DNA from: an uncultured Porphyromonas sp. | GTDB lineage: Bacteria > Bacteroidota > Bacteroidia > Bacteroidales > Porphyromonadaceae | Direction of reading: 5' to 3' | Assembly (NCBI GenBank): GCA_963539975.1 | Contig: CAUTMR010000001.1 | Coordinates: 37,143-101,142 of the forward strand | Length of the DNA: 64,000 nucleotides | In this document: positions 1 through 9,067 of the stretch, piece after piece | Layout: every line of letters begins with the position of its first letter | How positions within the stretch are numbered: the stretch's first letter is position 1 | The notes under the pieces: model-generated | Database searches by the model: none | Seen by the model: the letters and a program-made list of their open reading frames with translations, nothing else | Told to the model about the DNA's origin: nothing | Position numbers and translations under genes: made by a program

Positions 1-1373
1 TAACGGATGTTGAGTCTACGATTGTGGACTCTCTAGAAATGATCATCAAGAATCCGATACTTCTCTTGATCTACATATTGGCTCTATTTCTACTCAGCTG
101 GCAACTTACTTTGTTTGTTATAGTTGTACTGCCTCCTGCAGGCTATATTATGGGGCTTATTGGTAAGAAGCTCAAGCGTCAGAGCCTGGAGAGTCAGAAT
201 CGCTGGGGGGCCCTTATGTCTCAAGTAGAGGAGACGCTCGGGGGCCTTCGCATTGTCAAGGCTTTTGGTGCCGAGGAGAAGATTCGCACTCGCTTTCGAA
301 CTTCTAACGAGGAATATAGGAGGCTTGTCTCTAGTGTCTACCGCCGTCAGCAATTAGCACACCCTGTGAGTGAATTCTTGGGAACAGCCACTATTGCCAT
401 CATTTTGTGGTATGGAGGAAGTCTCATTTTGGGTGGAAGCAGTATTATCTCGGCTCCCGTTTTCATATACTATCTTATTGTCTTTTACAATATCATTAAC
501 CCGGCTAAAGATTTTAGCAAGGCTGTTTATTCCGTACAGAAGGGGCTTGCCTCCATGGAGCGTATTGAGCGTATCTTGGAGGTGGACAATCCGATAAAAG
601 ACCCCGAAGAGCCTAAGGAACTCCGCTTTGAGAGGGAGATTCGTTTTGAGAATGTCTCCTTTGGTTACGATGCTCATACGCGAGTGCTCTCCAATCTCAA
701 TCTGACTATTAAAAAAGGACAGACGGTAGCTTTGGTGGGCAGCTCGGGATCGGGGAAAAGTACGTTGGTCGATTTGATTCCTCGCTTTTGGGATGTCACG
801 GAGGGGAATATAACCATAGATGGAACCGATATTCGAGAGGTGGCAGTACGTGATTTGCGTGCACTTATTGGCAACGTTAATCAGGAGCCTATTCTCTTTA
901 ACGACACTATTTACAACAACATAGCGTTTGCCCCTCTCAGCGTGACGCAGGAGGAGGTGGAGCATGCAGCCACTATTGCCAATGCACACGGCTTTATCTC
1001 TCGTCTCCCCGAGGGCTATCAAACCAATATTGGAGACCGAGGAAACAAACTTAGTGGGGGCGAACGCCAGCGTCTCAGCATTGCTCGTGCTATTCTTAAA
1101 AACCCTCCGATTCTTATTTTAGACGAGGCAACGTCTGCTCTAGACAACGAAAGTGAGCGGCTTGTGCAGGATGCCATTGAGCACCTTTTGCGCGATCGTA
1201 CCACAATCGTAATCGCGCATAGACTCTCTACTATTGTAGATGCTGATGTTATTTGCGTGCTAGACCACGGTACTATTGTGGAGCAGGGCTCTCATGCCGA
1301 CTTGCTGGTTCTTAACGGAGCTTACGCCAAACTGTACAGACTACAGGTGGCGCGTGAGGAGCTAATCCCCTAG
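1..1373 (+). CDS. ABC transporter, fused permease/ATP-binding protein (MsbA/lipid-exporter-like); 5' end lies outside the window
   Basis: ORF 24..1373 stays open in the same frame back to base 3. TM segments are followed by Walker A GSSGSGKST, signature LSGGERQR, Walker B ILILDEATSALD and H-loop IAHRLST. Confidence 0.85.
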   Translation, partial: TDVESTIVDSLEMIIKNPILLLIYILALFLLSWQLTLFVIVVLPPAGYIMGLIGKKLKRQSLESQNRWGALMSQVEETLGGLRIVKAFGAEEKIRTRFRTSNEEYRRLVSSVYRRQQLAHPVSEFLGTATIAIILWYGGSLILGGSSIISAPVFIYYLIVFYNIINPAKDFSKAVYSVQKGLASMERIERILEVDNPIKDPEEPKELRFEREIRFENVSFGYDAHTRVLSNLNLTIKKGQTVALVGSSGSGKSTLVDLIPRFWDVTEGNITIDGTDIREVAVRDLRALIGNVNQEPILFNDTIYNNIAFAPLSVTQEEVEHAATIANAHGFISRLPEGYQTNIGDRGNKLSGGERQRLSIARAILKNPPILILDEATSALDNESERLVQDAIEHLLRDRTTIVIAHRLSTIVDADVICVLDHGTIVEQGSHADLLVLNGAYAKLYRLQVAREELIP

Positions 1374-1395
1374 CTTATTCTTTCTTTTTCAGACG

Positions 1396-2691
1396 ATGAT
1401 GGAACAGCTCAGTCACCTCCCCATAGCTAAGAGTAATGCCAATCGTTTGCTGGTCATGGCTTATCTCGCAGGGGAATGCCCTCGCGTTCGGGAGACTCTC
1501 CTCTTACAAAGGGATTGGGAAGACTGTCCGGACGATGTGCGTATTATGTGTCGCGTGCTCCAAGAGATGGGGGAGACGTCGGGGGCAGAGGCTTCATTAG
1601 ATACTCCCTTTACCCTTCTTGATGTGGGAGCTGCCGGTACGGTACTTCGCTTTGTAACGGCTTTGGCTGCTGTGGGGACCGAGAGGCCTTTGCAGATAAC
1701 GGGTACAACACGCCTAAAGAACCGTCCTCTACGCCCTTTGCTAGACGAGCTCAAGGCTTTGGGCGCGGACATTCGAGGGGAGTGGAAAGAAGACAATGCT
1801 CACGCTCCCCTTACCATATATCCTCCGTCTCGCCCCTTGAGAGGGGGAGCTCTTTCCAGTACATTCGATAGGCAGAGTAGTCAGTTTATCAGTGCTTTGT
1901 TGATGATTGCTCCCTACTTTTCCGCTCCCTTTACCATCCCCGAGCTCCCGAGGCGAGGCAATAGCTACCCTTATATAGACCTGACTCTCGCCATGATGAG
2001 AGAAGCCGGGGCGGATTGGAGCTACACAGAAACAGGGGTTGTGGTAAAGCCCGGAGGCTACAGTGGCGATAGGTTGCTAGAGATGGCTCGTGCTCCGGAG
2101 ATGGATTGGAGTGCCGCGTCGTACGCTTTCGCCTGGAGTGCTGTGTCGCGTCGTCCTGTTTCCTTACCTTCTCTTCGGGCGTCTGATAGACAGGGGGACA
2201 AGGCTATTGTCGGCTTTATACGCCCTTTGGGAGTTGAGGCTCGCTTCCTAGAGGGGGGAGGTGTAGAGCTTATCCCTACCGATGTGCCCCGTTTGGCGTG
2301 TTACACTCCGGAGGGGCTTAATGAGGTGCCGGATCTTGTTCCCACACTGGTGGTGACGGCTCTTATGCGCCAGCAGCCTTTTCTGATGAAAGGGGTAGCC
2401 TCTTTGCGTCTTAAGGAGAGCGATCGTCTTCGGCAGCTTGTGGAGACGGCAGCTCTCTTCGGATTTCGTTTACATGAGAGCGACGACGCGTTGGCATGGG
2501 ATGGTACATTCTCTCCTGTGGAGGCGCAGCGTACTATCCTCGTGGATACGGCGGAGGACCATCGGATGGCTATGGCGTGGTCTATTGCGAGCCTCCTTTA
2601 CCCCCAAGTGCAGTACACGGATACCTCGGTCGTATCGAAGAGCTACCCGGGTTTTTGGCGAGAACCCATCTTCGCAGCCCTTCCGCATTGA
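1396..2691 (+). CDS. aroA: 3-phosphoshikimate 1-carboxyvinyltransferase (EPSP synthase)
   Basis: 431 aa. N-terminal LPIAKSNANRLL (the KS.SNR motif), LKESDR motif and DHRMAMA near the C-terminus are typical of EPSP synthases. Confidence 0.75.
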   Translation: MMEQLSHLPIAKSNANRLLVMAYLAGECPRVRETLLLQRDWEDCPDDVRIMCRVLQEMGETSGAEASLDTPFTLLDVGAAGTVLRFVTALAAVGTERPLQITGTTRLKNRPLRPLLDELKALGADIRGEWKEDNAHAPLTIYPPSRPLRGGALSSTFDRQSSQFISALLMIAPYFSAPFTIPELPRRGNSYPYIDLTLAMMREAGADWSYTETGVVVKPGGYSGDRLLEMARAPEMDWSAASYAFAWSAVSRRPVSLPSLRASDRQGDKAIVGFIRPLGVEARFLEGGGVELIPTDVPRLACYTPEGLNEVPDLVPTLVVTALMRQQPFLMKGVASLRLKESDRLRQLVETAALFGFRLHESDDALAWDGTFSPVEAQRTILVDTAEDHRMAMAWSIASLLYPQVQYTDTSVVSKSYPGFWREPIFAALPH

Positions 2692-2793
2692 CTTCGGACT
2701 TACCTCCTAGAGAGATAAAGAATGCCCCCGATAGAAGACGAACTATCGAGGGCTTTGTACTTTCGGAGGCAGATCCTCCAGAATTGGTTGCTG

Positions 2794-4173
2794 TTACTTT
2801 GCAGGAGCTAGCTCTATGGTAAAGTGACGCATCACGGGGAGCTCTTCTGTGATTACGTACCCCCTTGTAATGCTTTCTCGCCTATCGAACACATTCTTCA
2901 CGGCGGCCGCGATTACATCCATGTGATTATTGGTGTAGGTACGGCGTGGAATGGCAAGACGCAGCAGCTCCAGACGCGGATAGCGATTCTCGCGTGTGAT
3001 GGGGTCTCGGTCGGCTAGGATGGATCCGATCTCTACCCCACGTATGCCTGCCTCTAGGTAGAGCTCGATACCTAAGGTCTGCGCGATAAATTCTTCTTTG
3101 GGCACGTGCGTAAGGATCTTCTTAGCGTCGAGGAAGATGGCGTGCCCTCCTGCCGGACGCTGGTAGGGGATGCCGTACTCGTCGAGCTTGCGCCCTAGGT
3201 AGGCGACCTGTTCGATGCGAGTTTCAAGCGTATCGAACTCGGTACCTTCGTCCAGCCCCTGAGCCAAGGCGTTCATATCACGTCCGGAGAGACCTCCGTA
3301 GGTGATGAAACCTTCGTTCATAACGCAGAACATCTGGCAGCGACGCCATAGCTCTTTGTCTCGGAAGGCGAGGAACCCGCCCATGTTCACGATAGCGTCT
3401 TTCTTGCTGGACATGGTCATGATATCGCCGTAGCTGAGCATCTCGCGCACGATCTCCTTGATGGATTTATCCTGATAGCCCTCTTCGCGAGTCTTGATGA
3501 AGTAGGCATTTTCTGCGAATCGTGCGCCGTCTATCTGCACGAGGATGCCGTATTTGTGGCATAGCTCGCTGGTCTCGCGGATGTTCTTCATTGAAACGGG
3601 TTGCCCTCCGGCGGTGTTGTTGGTTACGGTGAGTACACAGCAGGGGATGCGTTCTTTGGGAGTTTCCTTTAGTATCTTCTCGAGTTTTTCGAGGTCCATT
3701 TCGCCCTTGAAGGGAATCTCCAGTTGCGTATCTGCTGCCGCGTCTATGGTGCAATCTACGGCTGCCGCCTTACGGAATTCGATATGTCCTTTGGTGGTAT
3801 CGAAGTGCGAATTACCCGGCACTACGTCACCTGCCTTTACGATGGTGGAGTAGAGTACATTCTCGGCAGCGCGCCCTTGGTGGGTGGGGAGGAAGTACTC
3901 GAATCCGAGGATCTCTTGGATGGCTTTTCGCATTTTGTAGTACGAGGTCGCACCTGCGTAGCTCTCGTCTCCCAGCATCATGGCGCTCCATTGTTTGTCG
4001 CTCATGGCACCGGTGCCGGAGTCGGTTAGGAGGTCGATAAATACCTGTTCGCTGTGGAGGTTGAAGAGGTTGTATTTGGCCTCGCGTATCCAGGTTTCGC
4101 GTTCTTGTCGTGTGCTCTTGCGGAGCTGTTCTACCATCTTGATGCGGTAGTTTTCAGAAAAGGGAATTTCCAT
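2794..4173 (-). CDS. tnaA: tryptophanase (beta-eliminating lyase family; tyrosine phenol-lyase not formally excluded)
   Basis: 459 aa with full-length resemblance to TnaA/TPL. Motifs include DLLTDSGTGAMS and a PLP-lysine context MSSKKDAIVNMGG. Confidence 0.85.
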   Translation of the reverse strand: MEIPFSENYRIKMVEQLRKSTRQERETWIREAKYNLFNLHSEQVFIDLLTDSGTGAMSDKQWSAMMLGDESYAGATSYYKMRKAIQEILGFEYFLPTHQGRAAENVLYSTIVKAGDVVPGNSHFDTTKGHIEFRKAAAVDCTIDAAADTQLEIPFKGEMDLEKLEKILKETPKERIPCCVLTVTNNTAGGQPVSMKNIRETSELCHKYGILVQIDGARFAENAYFIKTREEGYQDKSIKEIVREMLSYGDIMTMSSKKDAIVNMGGFLAFRDKELWRRCQMFCVMNEGFITYGGLSGRDMNALAQGLDEGTEFDTLETRIEQVAYLGRKLDEYGIPYQRPAGGHAIFLDAKKILTHVPKEEFIAQTLGIELYLEAGIRGVEIGSILADRDPITRENRYPRLELLRLAIPRRTYTNNHMDVIAAAVKNVFDRRESITRGYVITEELPVMRHFTIELAPAK

Positions 4174-4217
4174 GAATTCTACTGATTAAATGAATTTAGA
4201 GTGAATTTTGCCGAGGT

Positions 4218-4745
4218 CTACTCGTTTCCTTCGCCGGGGTTGGGTGTGGGGGTTGTGCCGCCGGGCGTAGGGGTTGTACCGCCGGGGTTGGGCGTGGGCG
4301 TTGTGCCGCCTGGGATGGGCTTCTTTTTGGAGCCGAATGCCACGTCGAGTAGCCGTTCGGCGCGCTCCAGACGTACCTTTTTGAGGGCATCTTTGATCCC
4401 TACTCGGGGTGTGTAAATTACCTTGAGTTTGTCGATCATCTCCATTGTGACGCCTTCGGCGGTCTCAGCTCCGGTGCCTGTTTTGGTGGTGAGACTGGGG
4501 CGGAAGGTCCCTAGGTCGCCACAATCAACGCTTTTTCCTTCGCGCAATTGCTCAACGAGTACCTTGCCGGCACGGTCGAAGACGGCTTTAACATCTGCCG
4601 ATGAGATGGTGGTTTCGTCCGCTACCTTGTCTATAAATTCCTCAAAGGTCACATCCGAAGACAAATAAATGGCGGGAAACCAGCGTTTTTTCTTCTCGTC
4701 TTTTCCAAATCCAACTTGGCGTTCTACGGCTTTAATCTTGATCAT
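4218..4745 (-). CDS. HU-HIG type (Bacteroidetes HU-like) DNA-binding protein with a Gly/Thr/Pro-repeat C-terminal tail
   Basis: 175 aa. The HU-like core (TFEEFIDKVADETTISSADVKAVFDRAGKVLVEQLREGKSVDCGDLGTFRPS) is followed by PGGTTPTPNPGGTTPTPGGTTPTPNPGEGNE. Confidence 0.75.
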   Translation of the reverse strand: MIKIKAVERQVGFGKDEKKKRWFPAIYLSSDVTFEEFIDKVADETTISSADVKAVFDRAGKVLVEQLREGKSVDCGDLGTFRPSLTTKTGTGAETAEGVTMEMIDKLKVIYTPRVGIKDALKKVRLERAERLLDVAFGSKKKPIPGGTTPTPNPGGTTPTPGGTTPTPNPGEGNE

Positions 4746-4794
4746 GCTAATTGGTTATTAATAAGTGAGTTATAAATGTTTCGCTCTTGCTCAT

Positions 4795-4882
4795 ATTTTC
4801 TTCCGCACGGAAATAAATTTTCTTCCGCACGAAAATATTTTTTCTTCCGCACGAAAAATAATTTTCTTCCGCACGAAAATCC
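4795..4882. repeat. Four contiguous 22-bp direct repeats (ATTTTCTTCCGCACGRAAAWAW)
   Basis: Units are 4795-4816, 4817-4838, 4839-4860 and 4861-4882. The core CTTCCGCACG starts at 4800, 4822, 4844 and 4866. Confidence 0.95.
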
Positions 4883-5118
4883 AAAGGTGTGCGCACGCCC
4901 TCCCAAAGGAGTGCCGATCCATCTTTATTTCCCCGCGCATTGGCGCGTCGGGTTGTCTTCATTCCTTCCTCGGGGAGGGGGAGCTCCGACTTCTTATGTA
5001 GGGCACAGCGTTGCATTTTCTTGGCTTTTCTTCTTTCGAATACAATTTGAGCACAAGTATAATAAATGTTTTCAAAATGTACAAGGATTCGGGCAGAAAT
5101 CTGACACAGAGCCAGCTT

Positions 5119-7572
5119 TTAGAGGGGATCTACGTCGAAGAGGATACGAGAGCGTCGGGCGGAAAGCGAGGTGCGCTCCACCTGATGGAGGATGCTTTTC
5201 AGGGCTTCGCGAATCTGTTTCGCTGAGTAATTAGGGGATAGTTTGAGGGTAATCTGCCGAATGTACATGAGTCGCACGCGAGACACATAGGGCTTGATGG
5301 GGGCGGAGACGTGGGCTAGTCCGGGGTAGCTCCCGAAGTGCCGGGAGAGGAGAGTGGCCGTCTCTATGGCATCTTCTTCCCTCGTGCTTTTGACTATGAC
5401 CTGGATGATCCTTTCGTAGGGAGGGAAGCCGAAAAATGTGCGCTCCTGTAGTACCAACTTCGCGTACTTCTCCCTAAGTTCGCGAGAGGGCATGTCGAGA
5501 TACTCGAAGAGAGGACGCTGCGTATCACTCGTTTGTAGCAACATGAGAGCCTCGGGGTACTTTACAGCCAGGCGGTAGAGGAGGGCGAAGACTAATTCGT
5601 CCGTGCGGAAGTCGGGTAGGGCGAGCATGGCATCAAGTTGGGGTACCGCGACCAGTCCTACCCCCTGAATCGGAGCAAAGTGTGTGAGCATCTGAGTACC
5701 CACGTAGAGGGAGGCCTTCCCCTCCGCTAGCGCACTCCGGATGTGGCTTCGCTTTTCCTTGCCCGAGGTCGTATCGGCATCAATGCGTACGATCTCCTCC
5801 CCGGGGTAGAGCGTGGCTAGTTCGTCCTCAATGCGTTCCGAACCGTAGCCTACCTTCTTCAGCTCCTCCCGATCCGCTCCACAGTGTGGGCACTGCGGCG
5901 GTAGTGCTAGATTGTAACCGCAGTAGTGGCACGTGAGCCGATTCTCCATCTGATGGTAGGTGAGGCTTACATCGCAATGCAGGCAACGGATGCTCTTGCC
6001 GCACTTCTGGCACAAGATATAGGGCGCATATCCGCGTCGAGCACTTACCAAAACTACCTTCTCACCCTTCTTTAGCGTCTCGGAGATGGCCTCTCGGAGG
6101 GGGAGGCTCAGTAACGTCCCCGTCTTGAGGCGGCGAGTCGTGCGCTCGTAGTCCAAGTCGATAGTGCGAAAAGAGGCTAGGGTAAACGACTCCTGAGACG
6201 CTGTAGCGGCATACTTGTCGTGGGCGACGTTGTGGTACGTCTCCATGGAGGGCGTTACGGAGGTGAGAAGTAGGGGAATCTTGCTCTTGGTAGCCCTGTA
6301 GGCGAGTAGGTCTCGGGCGTTGAAGCGAGGTGCCGGCTCCTGTTGCTTGTAGAGAGGATCCTGCTCCTCAGCTACGATGATGAGTTCGACCCCCTCCAAT
6401 GGAAGTAGAGCCGCCATGCGACTTCCTACGACGATAAGAGGGGCGTCGCTCTCTGTCAGGCGGTAGCGTAGGGAGGCTCGTTCGCGGTCGGATAGACTGC
6501 TGGTGTAGAGGTAGATCGGGGTCTCTTCGGGGAGCTTTAGTTGGGAGCAGAGTGAGGGGAGGTCGCCCTCTAATCCGCTACTCTGAGGGAGCAAAAGGAG
6601 CACGCGTCCCCCTCGGGCTAGCACGGCGGTCGAGTAGGCTCCGATTCGCTCCAGTTCGTCGCTGTACGTTGCGGCGGTGTAGTAGTTGGGGCGATCGCTC
6701 TCCAAAGGTGGAAGATTCGGGTCTATTCGATACTCGGGAGGGCGGTCGGTAGAGGCATATTGCCGAAAGGAGCGTTCCAGCACCCCCTCGGAGAGGAGGT
6801 AACGCAGGGCGTTTTGTCGGTTGCTATCCCCTGCGATCAGGTCTTTTTCGCGGACGGAGCCGGAGAGAGAATGCTCCTGGTCGGGAAGAAGCTCCACAAA
6901 GCGGTAGAGCAACCGCGTCCGAGCAGGCCTTCGCTTATAGGAATCCAAAAGTAGATTCAGAGCGTCGTCCGATTGGTACTTGGGGTTTAGGTAGAGCCAT
7001 CGCTCCCCGATTCTTTTTTCTACTCCCCGTACTCGCTCCTTTAGAGAGAGGACGCCGTGGGCTACGAGTTGGTCGAAAACGGAGAGTTTATTGCGCCCCG
7101 GGATGTATTGCAAGAGGGTTTCGAAGTGGATCCCTTTGCCTGTGATGGAGCGGAGATGCTCAACCACTTCGCTCTCGGTGCGCCCGAGGGTGATGTCGGA
7201 GTCGGCTTGCTCGAAATCAATAAGTACCTCCGTTCGGCTCTCGGGTAGGAGCGTGGCAGGCAGAGCCGCGTGCAGCAGATCTCCCGGCGTTGCCATGTAG
7301 TAATGGGCAGCCCAGAGCCACGAGTCGATCTCTTCTTGGGAAATAATAGGAGCGTCGTCCGGTAGGTATCCTAAGGACTTTACCTTGTGCGTCTCCACTC
7401 CCAACGGAAGCGTAGGAGAGAGGCTCGCTATGATACCTACGTAGATGCGCTTCGCTCCGAATTGTACGACGCAGCGCATACCTACTCGCACTTTCGCCTC
7501 AAGCTCTTGGGGCACTCGGTAGTGGTAAAAGTCGCTTAGGCTTAGTGGGAGTAGTACGCCGGCGTACAACAT
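5119..7572 (-). CDS. priA: primosomal protein N' (replication restart helicase PriA)
   Basis: 817 aa. Helicase core plus Cys-rich zinc region CQKCGKSIRCLHCDVSLTYHQMENRLTCHYCG...CPHCG. Confidence 0.9.
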   Translation of the reverse strand: MLYAGVLLPLSLSDFYHYRVPQELEAKVRVGMRCVVQFGAKRIYVGIIASLSPTLPLGVETHKVKSLGYLPDDAPIISQEEIDSWLWAAHYYMATPGDLLHAALPATLLPESRTEVLIDFEQADSDITLGRTESEVVEHLRSITGKGIHFETLLQYIPGRNKLSVFDQLVAHGVLSLKERVRGVEKRIGERWLYLNPKYQSDDALNLLLDSYKRRPARTRLLYRFVELLPDQEHSLSGSVREKDLIAGDSNRQNALRYLLSEGVLERSFRQYASTDRPPEYRIDPNLPPLESDRPNYYTAATYSDELERIGAYSTAVLARGGRVLLLLPQSSGLEGDLPSLCSQLKLPEETPIYLYTSSLSDRERASLRYRLTESDAPLIVVGSRMAALLPLEGVELIIVAEEQDPLYKQQEPAPRFNARDLLAYRATKSKIPLLLTSVTPSMETYHNVAHDKYAATASQESFTLASFRTIDLDYERTTRRLKTGTLLSLPLREAISETLKKGEKVVLVSARRGYAPYILCQKCGKSIRCLHCDVSLTYHQMENRLTCHYCGYNLALPPQCPHCGADREELKKVGYGSERIEDELATLYPGEEIVRIDADTTSGKEKRSHIRSALAEGKASLYVGTQMLTHFAPIQGVGLVAVPQLDAMLALPDFRTDELVFALLYRLAVKYPEALMLLQTSDTQRPLFEYLDMPSRELREKYAKLVLQERTFFGFPPYERIIQVIVKSTREEDAIETATLLSRHFGSYPGLAHVSAPIKPYVSRVRLMYIRQITLKLSPNYSAKQIREALKSILHQVERTSLSARRSRILFDVDPL

Positions 7573-7578
7573 AGTGGT

Positions 7579-9048
7579 TTAGTTGCCGGAGAGGTAGCGG
7601 TGCATATTGGCTGCAGCTCGCCGACCGTCGCCCATGGCTAGGATGACCGTTGCGCCCCCTCGTACGATGTCGCCTCCGGCATATACATCCGGCAAGTCGG
7701 TCGCTCCGAGTTCGTTTACAACGATGGTACCCTTGGGAGTTACATTGAGTCCCGAGAAGGTATTAGGGATAAGAGGATTGGGCGATACCCCGATGCTGAC
7801 GACAACTACCTCTACAGGGATCTCCTCAATGGCTCCCTCTATAGGTATCGGCTTACGGCGCCCTGATGGATCGGGTTCTCCTAGCTCCATCTTCTGTAAG
7901 CGCATCTTGGCCACGTGTCCCCTCTCATCGGCAAGATATTCGATGGGATTGTGCAGTGTGAGGAATTCTACCCCTTCTTCTTTGGCGTGGGCTATCTCCT
8001 CTAGGCGCGCCGGCATCTCCTCTTCGCTACGACGGTACACAATCATGGCGCGCTCAGCCCCTAGTCGCTTGGCTGTACGTACACTATCCATAGCGGTATT
8101 CCCGCCGCCTATCACGGCTACGTGCTGTCCGCGGAAAACAGGAGTCTCGCTATCAGGATCCCCAGCGTTCATCAAGTTTACACGCGTTAGGTATTCGTTA
8201 GAAGACATTACGCCGATGAGATTTTCCCCAGGGATGTTCATGAAGTTGGGCAACCCGGCTCCTGAGCCGACGAATAGCCCCGAGAATCCCATCTCGTGTA
8301 AGTCGTCGTACGAGAGGGTAGCCCCTATTATGGTATTGGTCTCAAAGGAGACGCCCATTTGTTTGAGCAGCTCTATCTCCGCGTCTACCACCTTATTGGG
8401 CAGACGGTACTCGGGGATACCATACTTTAGTACGCCCCCAATTTCGTGCAGAGCCTCGAATACCACCACTTCGTACCCTAGCTTTGCCATATCTCCGGCA
8501 AAGGACAATCCGGCAGGGCCGCTCCCCACAACAGCAATCTTTTTGCCCGTGGGAGGGGCTAAAGTTGGCATCTCAACGGCGTTGTGCTCTCGAGCCCAAT
8601 CTGCGGCGAATCGCTCTAGGTAACCGATGGCAACAGCCGGTTTCTTCATCGTTTGGTATACGCACCGACTTTCGCATTGGCGCTCTTGAGGGCAGACACG
8701 GCCACAAACGGCAGGCAAACTGGTTGTCTCTCGTAGCGTGGAAGCTGCGGCAGCAAAATTCCCCCGCTCTATCTCCTTTATAAAAGAGGGGATATGAATG
8801 CCGACGGGGCACCCTTCCATGCAGGTTGGTTTGGCACAGTCTAGACAGCGACGAGCCTCAACAAGGGCTTGCTCCTCGGTTAACCCTTGGTTTACCTCTT
8901 CTGTAAGTGTAGTGATGCGGTAGTGAGGGTCTAGTTCGGGCATTTGGGCACGAGCTATGGCGGTTCGCTCCTTGGGGGAGTGGCTCTTGCGTAGCTCTTC
9001 TCGCCAAGCTAGCTTTCGGCGTTCGGCAATTAGTTCATTCATTTCCAT
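7579..9048 (-). CDS. NADPH-dependent glutamate synthase beta-chain-like oxidoreductase (NfnB/SudA-like large subunit)
   Basis: 489 aa. N-terminal 2x[4Fe-4S] Cys motifs (CLDCAKPTCMEGCP, CGRVCPQERQCESRC), then FAD/NAD Rossmann motifs VVGSGPAGL and VIGGGNTAMD. Confidence 0.8.
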   Translation of the reverse strand: MEMNELIAERRKLAWREELRKSHSPKERTAIARAQMPELDPHYRITTLTEEVNQGLTEEQALVEARRCLDCAKPTCMEGCPVGIHIPSFIKEIERGNFAAAASTLRETTSLPAVCGRVCPQERQCESRCVYQTMKKPAVAIGYLERFAADWAREHNAVEMPTLAPPTGKKIAVVGSGPAGLSFAGDMAKLGYEVVVFEALHEIGGVLKYGIPEYRLPNKVVDAEIELLKQMGVSFETNTIIGATLSYDDLHEMGFSGLFVGSGAGLPNFMNIPGENLIGVMSSNEYLTRVNLMNAGDPDSETPVFRGQHVAVIGGGNTAMDSVRTAKRLGAERAMIVYRRSEEEMPARLEEIAHAKEEGVEFLTLHNPIEYLADERGHVAKMRLQKMELGEPDPSGRRKPIPIEGAIEEIPVEVVVVSIGVSPNPLIPNTFSGLNVTPKGTIVVNELGATDLPDVYAGGDIVRGGATVILAMGDGRRAAANMHRYLSGN

Positions 9049-9067
9049 TGTAGTAGATATTAGAGGA

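Noticed and set aside
354-1022. 222-aa ORF antisense to the ABC transporter gene.
   Set aside because: It lies entirely inside a well-supported CDS on the opposite strand. The sequence is not protein-like and is typical of an antisense open frame.
4795-4882. Possibility that the 22-bp repeats are a mini CRISPR array.
   Set aside because: The units are contiguous with no spacers, are too short, and there are no cas genes in the window.
4747-5234. Three overlapping ORFs (4747..5016 -, 4765..5001 +, 4776..5234 +) covering the priA/HU-HIG spacer.
   Set aside because: Their translations are periodic low-complexity text (FRAEEN.., FLPHEN..) generated by the 22-bp repeats. They overlap each other on both strands and run into the priA 3' end. 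I see no coding signal.
7607-8623. 338-aa ORF antisense to the GltD/NfnB-like gene.
   Set aside because: The composition is Ser/Pro/Ala/Arg-rich, typical of an antisense frame of a GC-rich codon-biased gene, and the sense gene is strongly supported.
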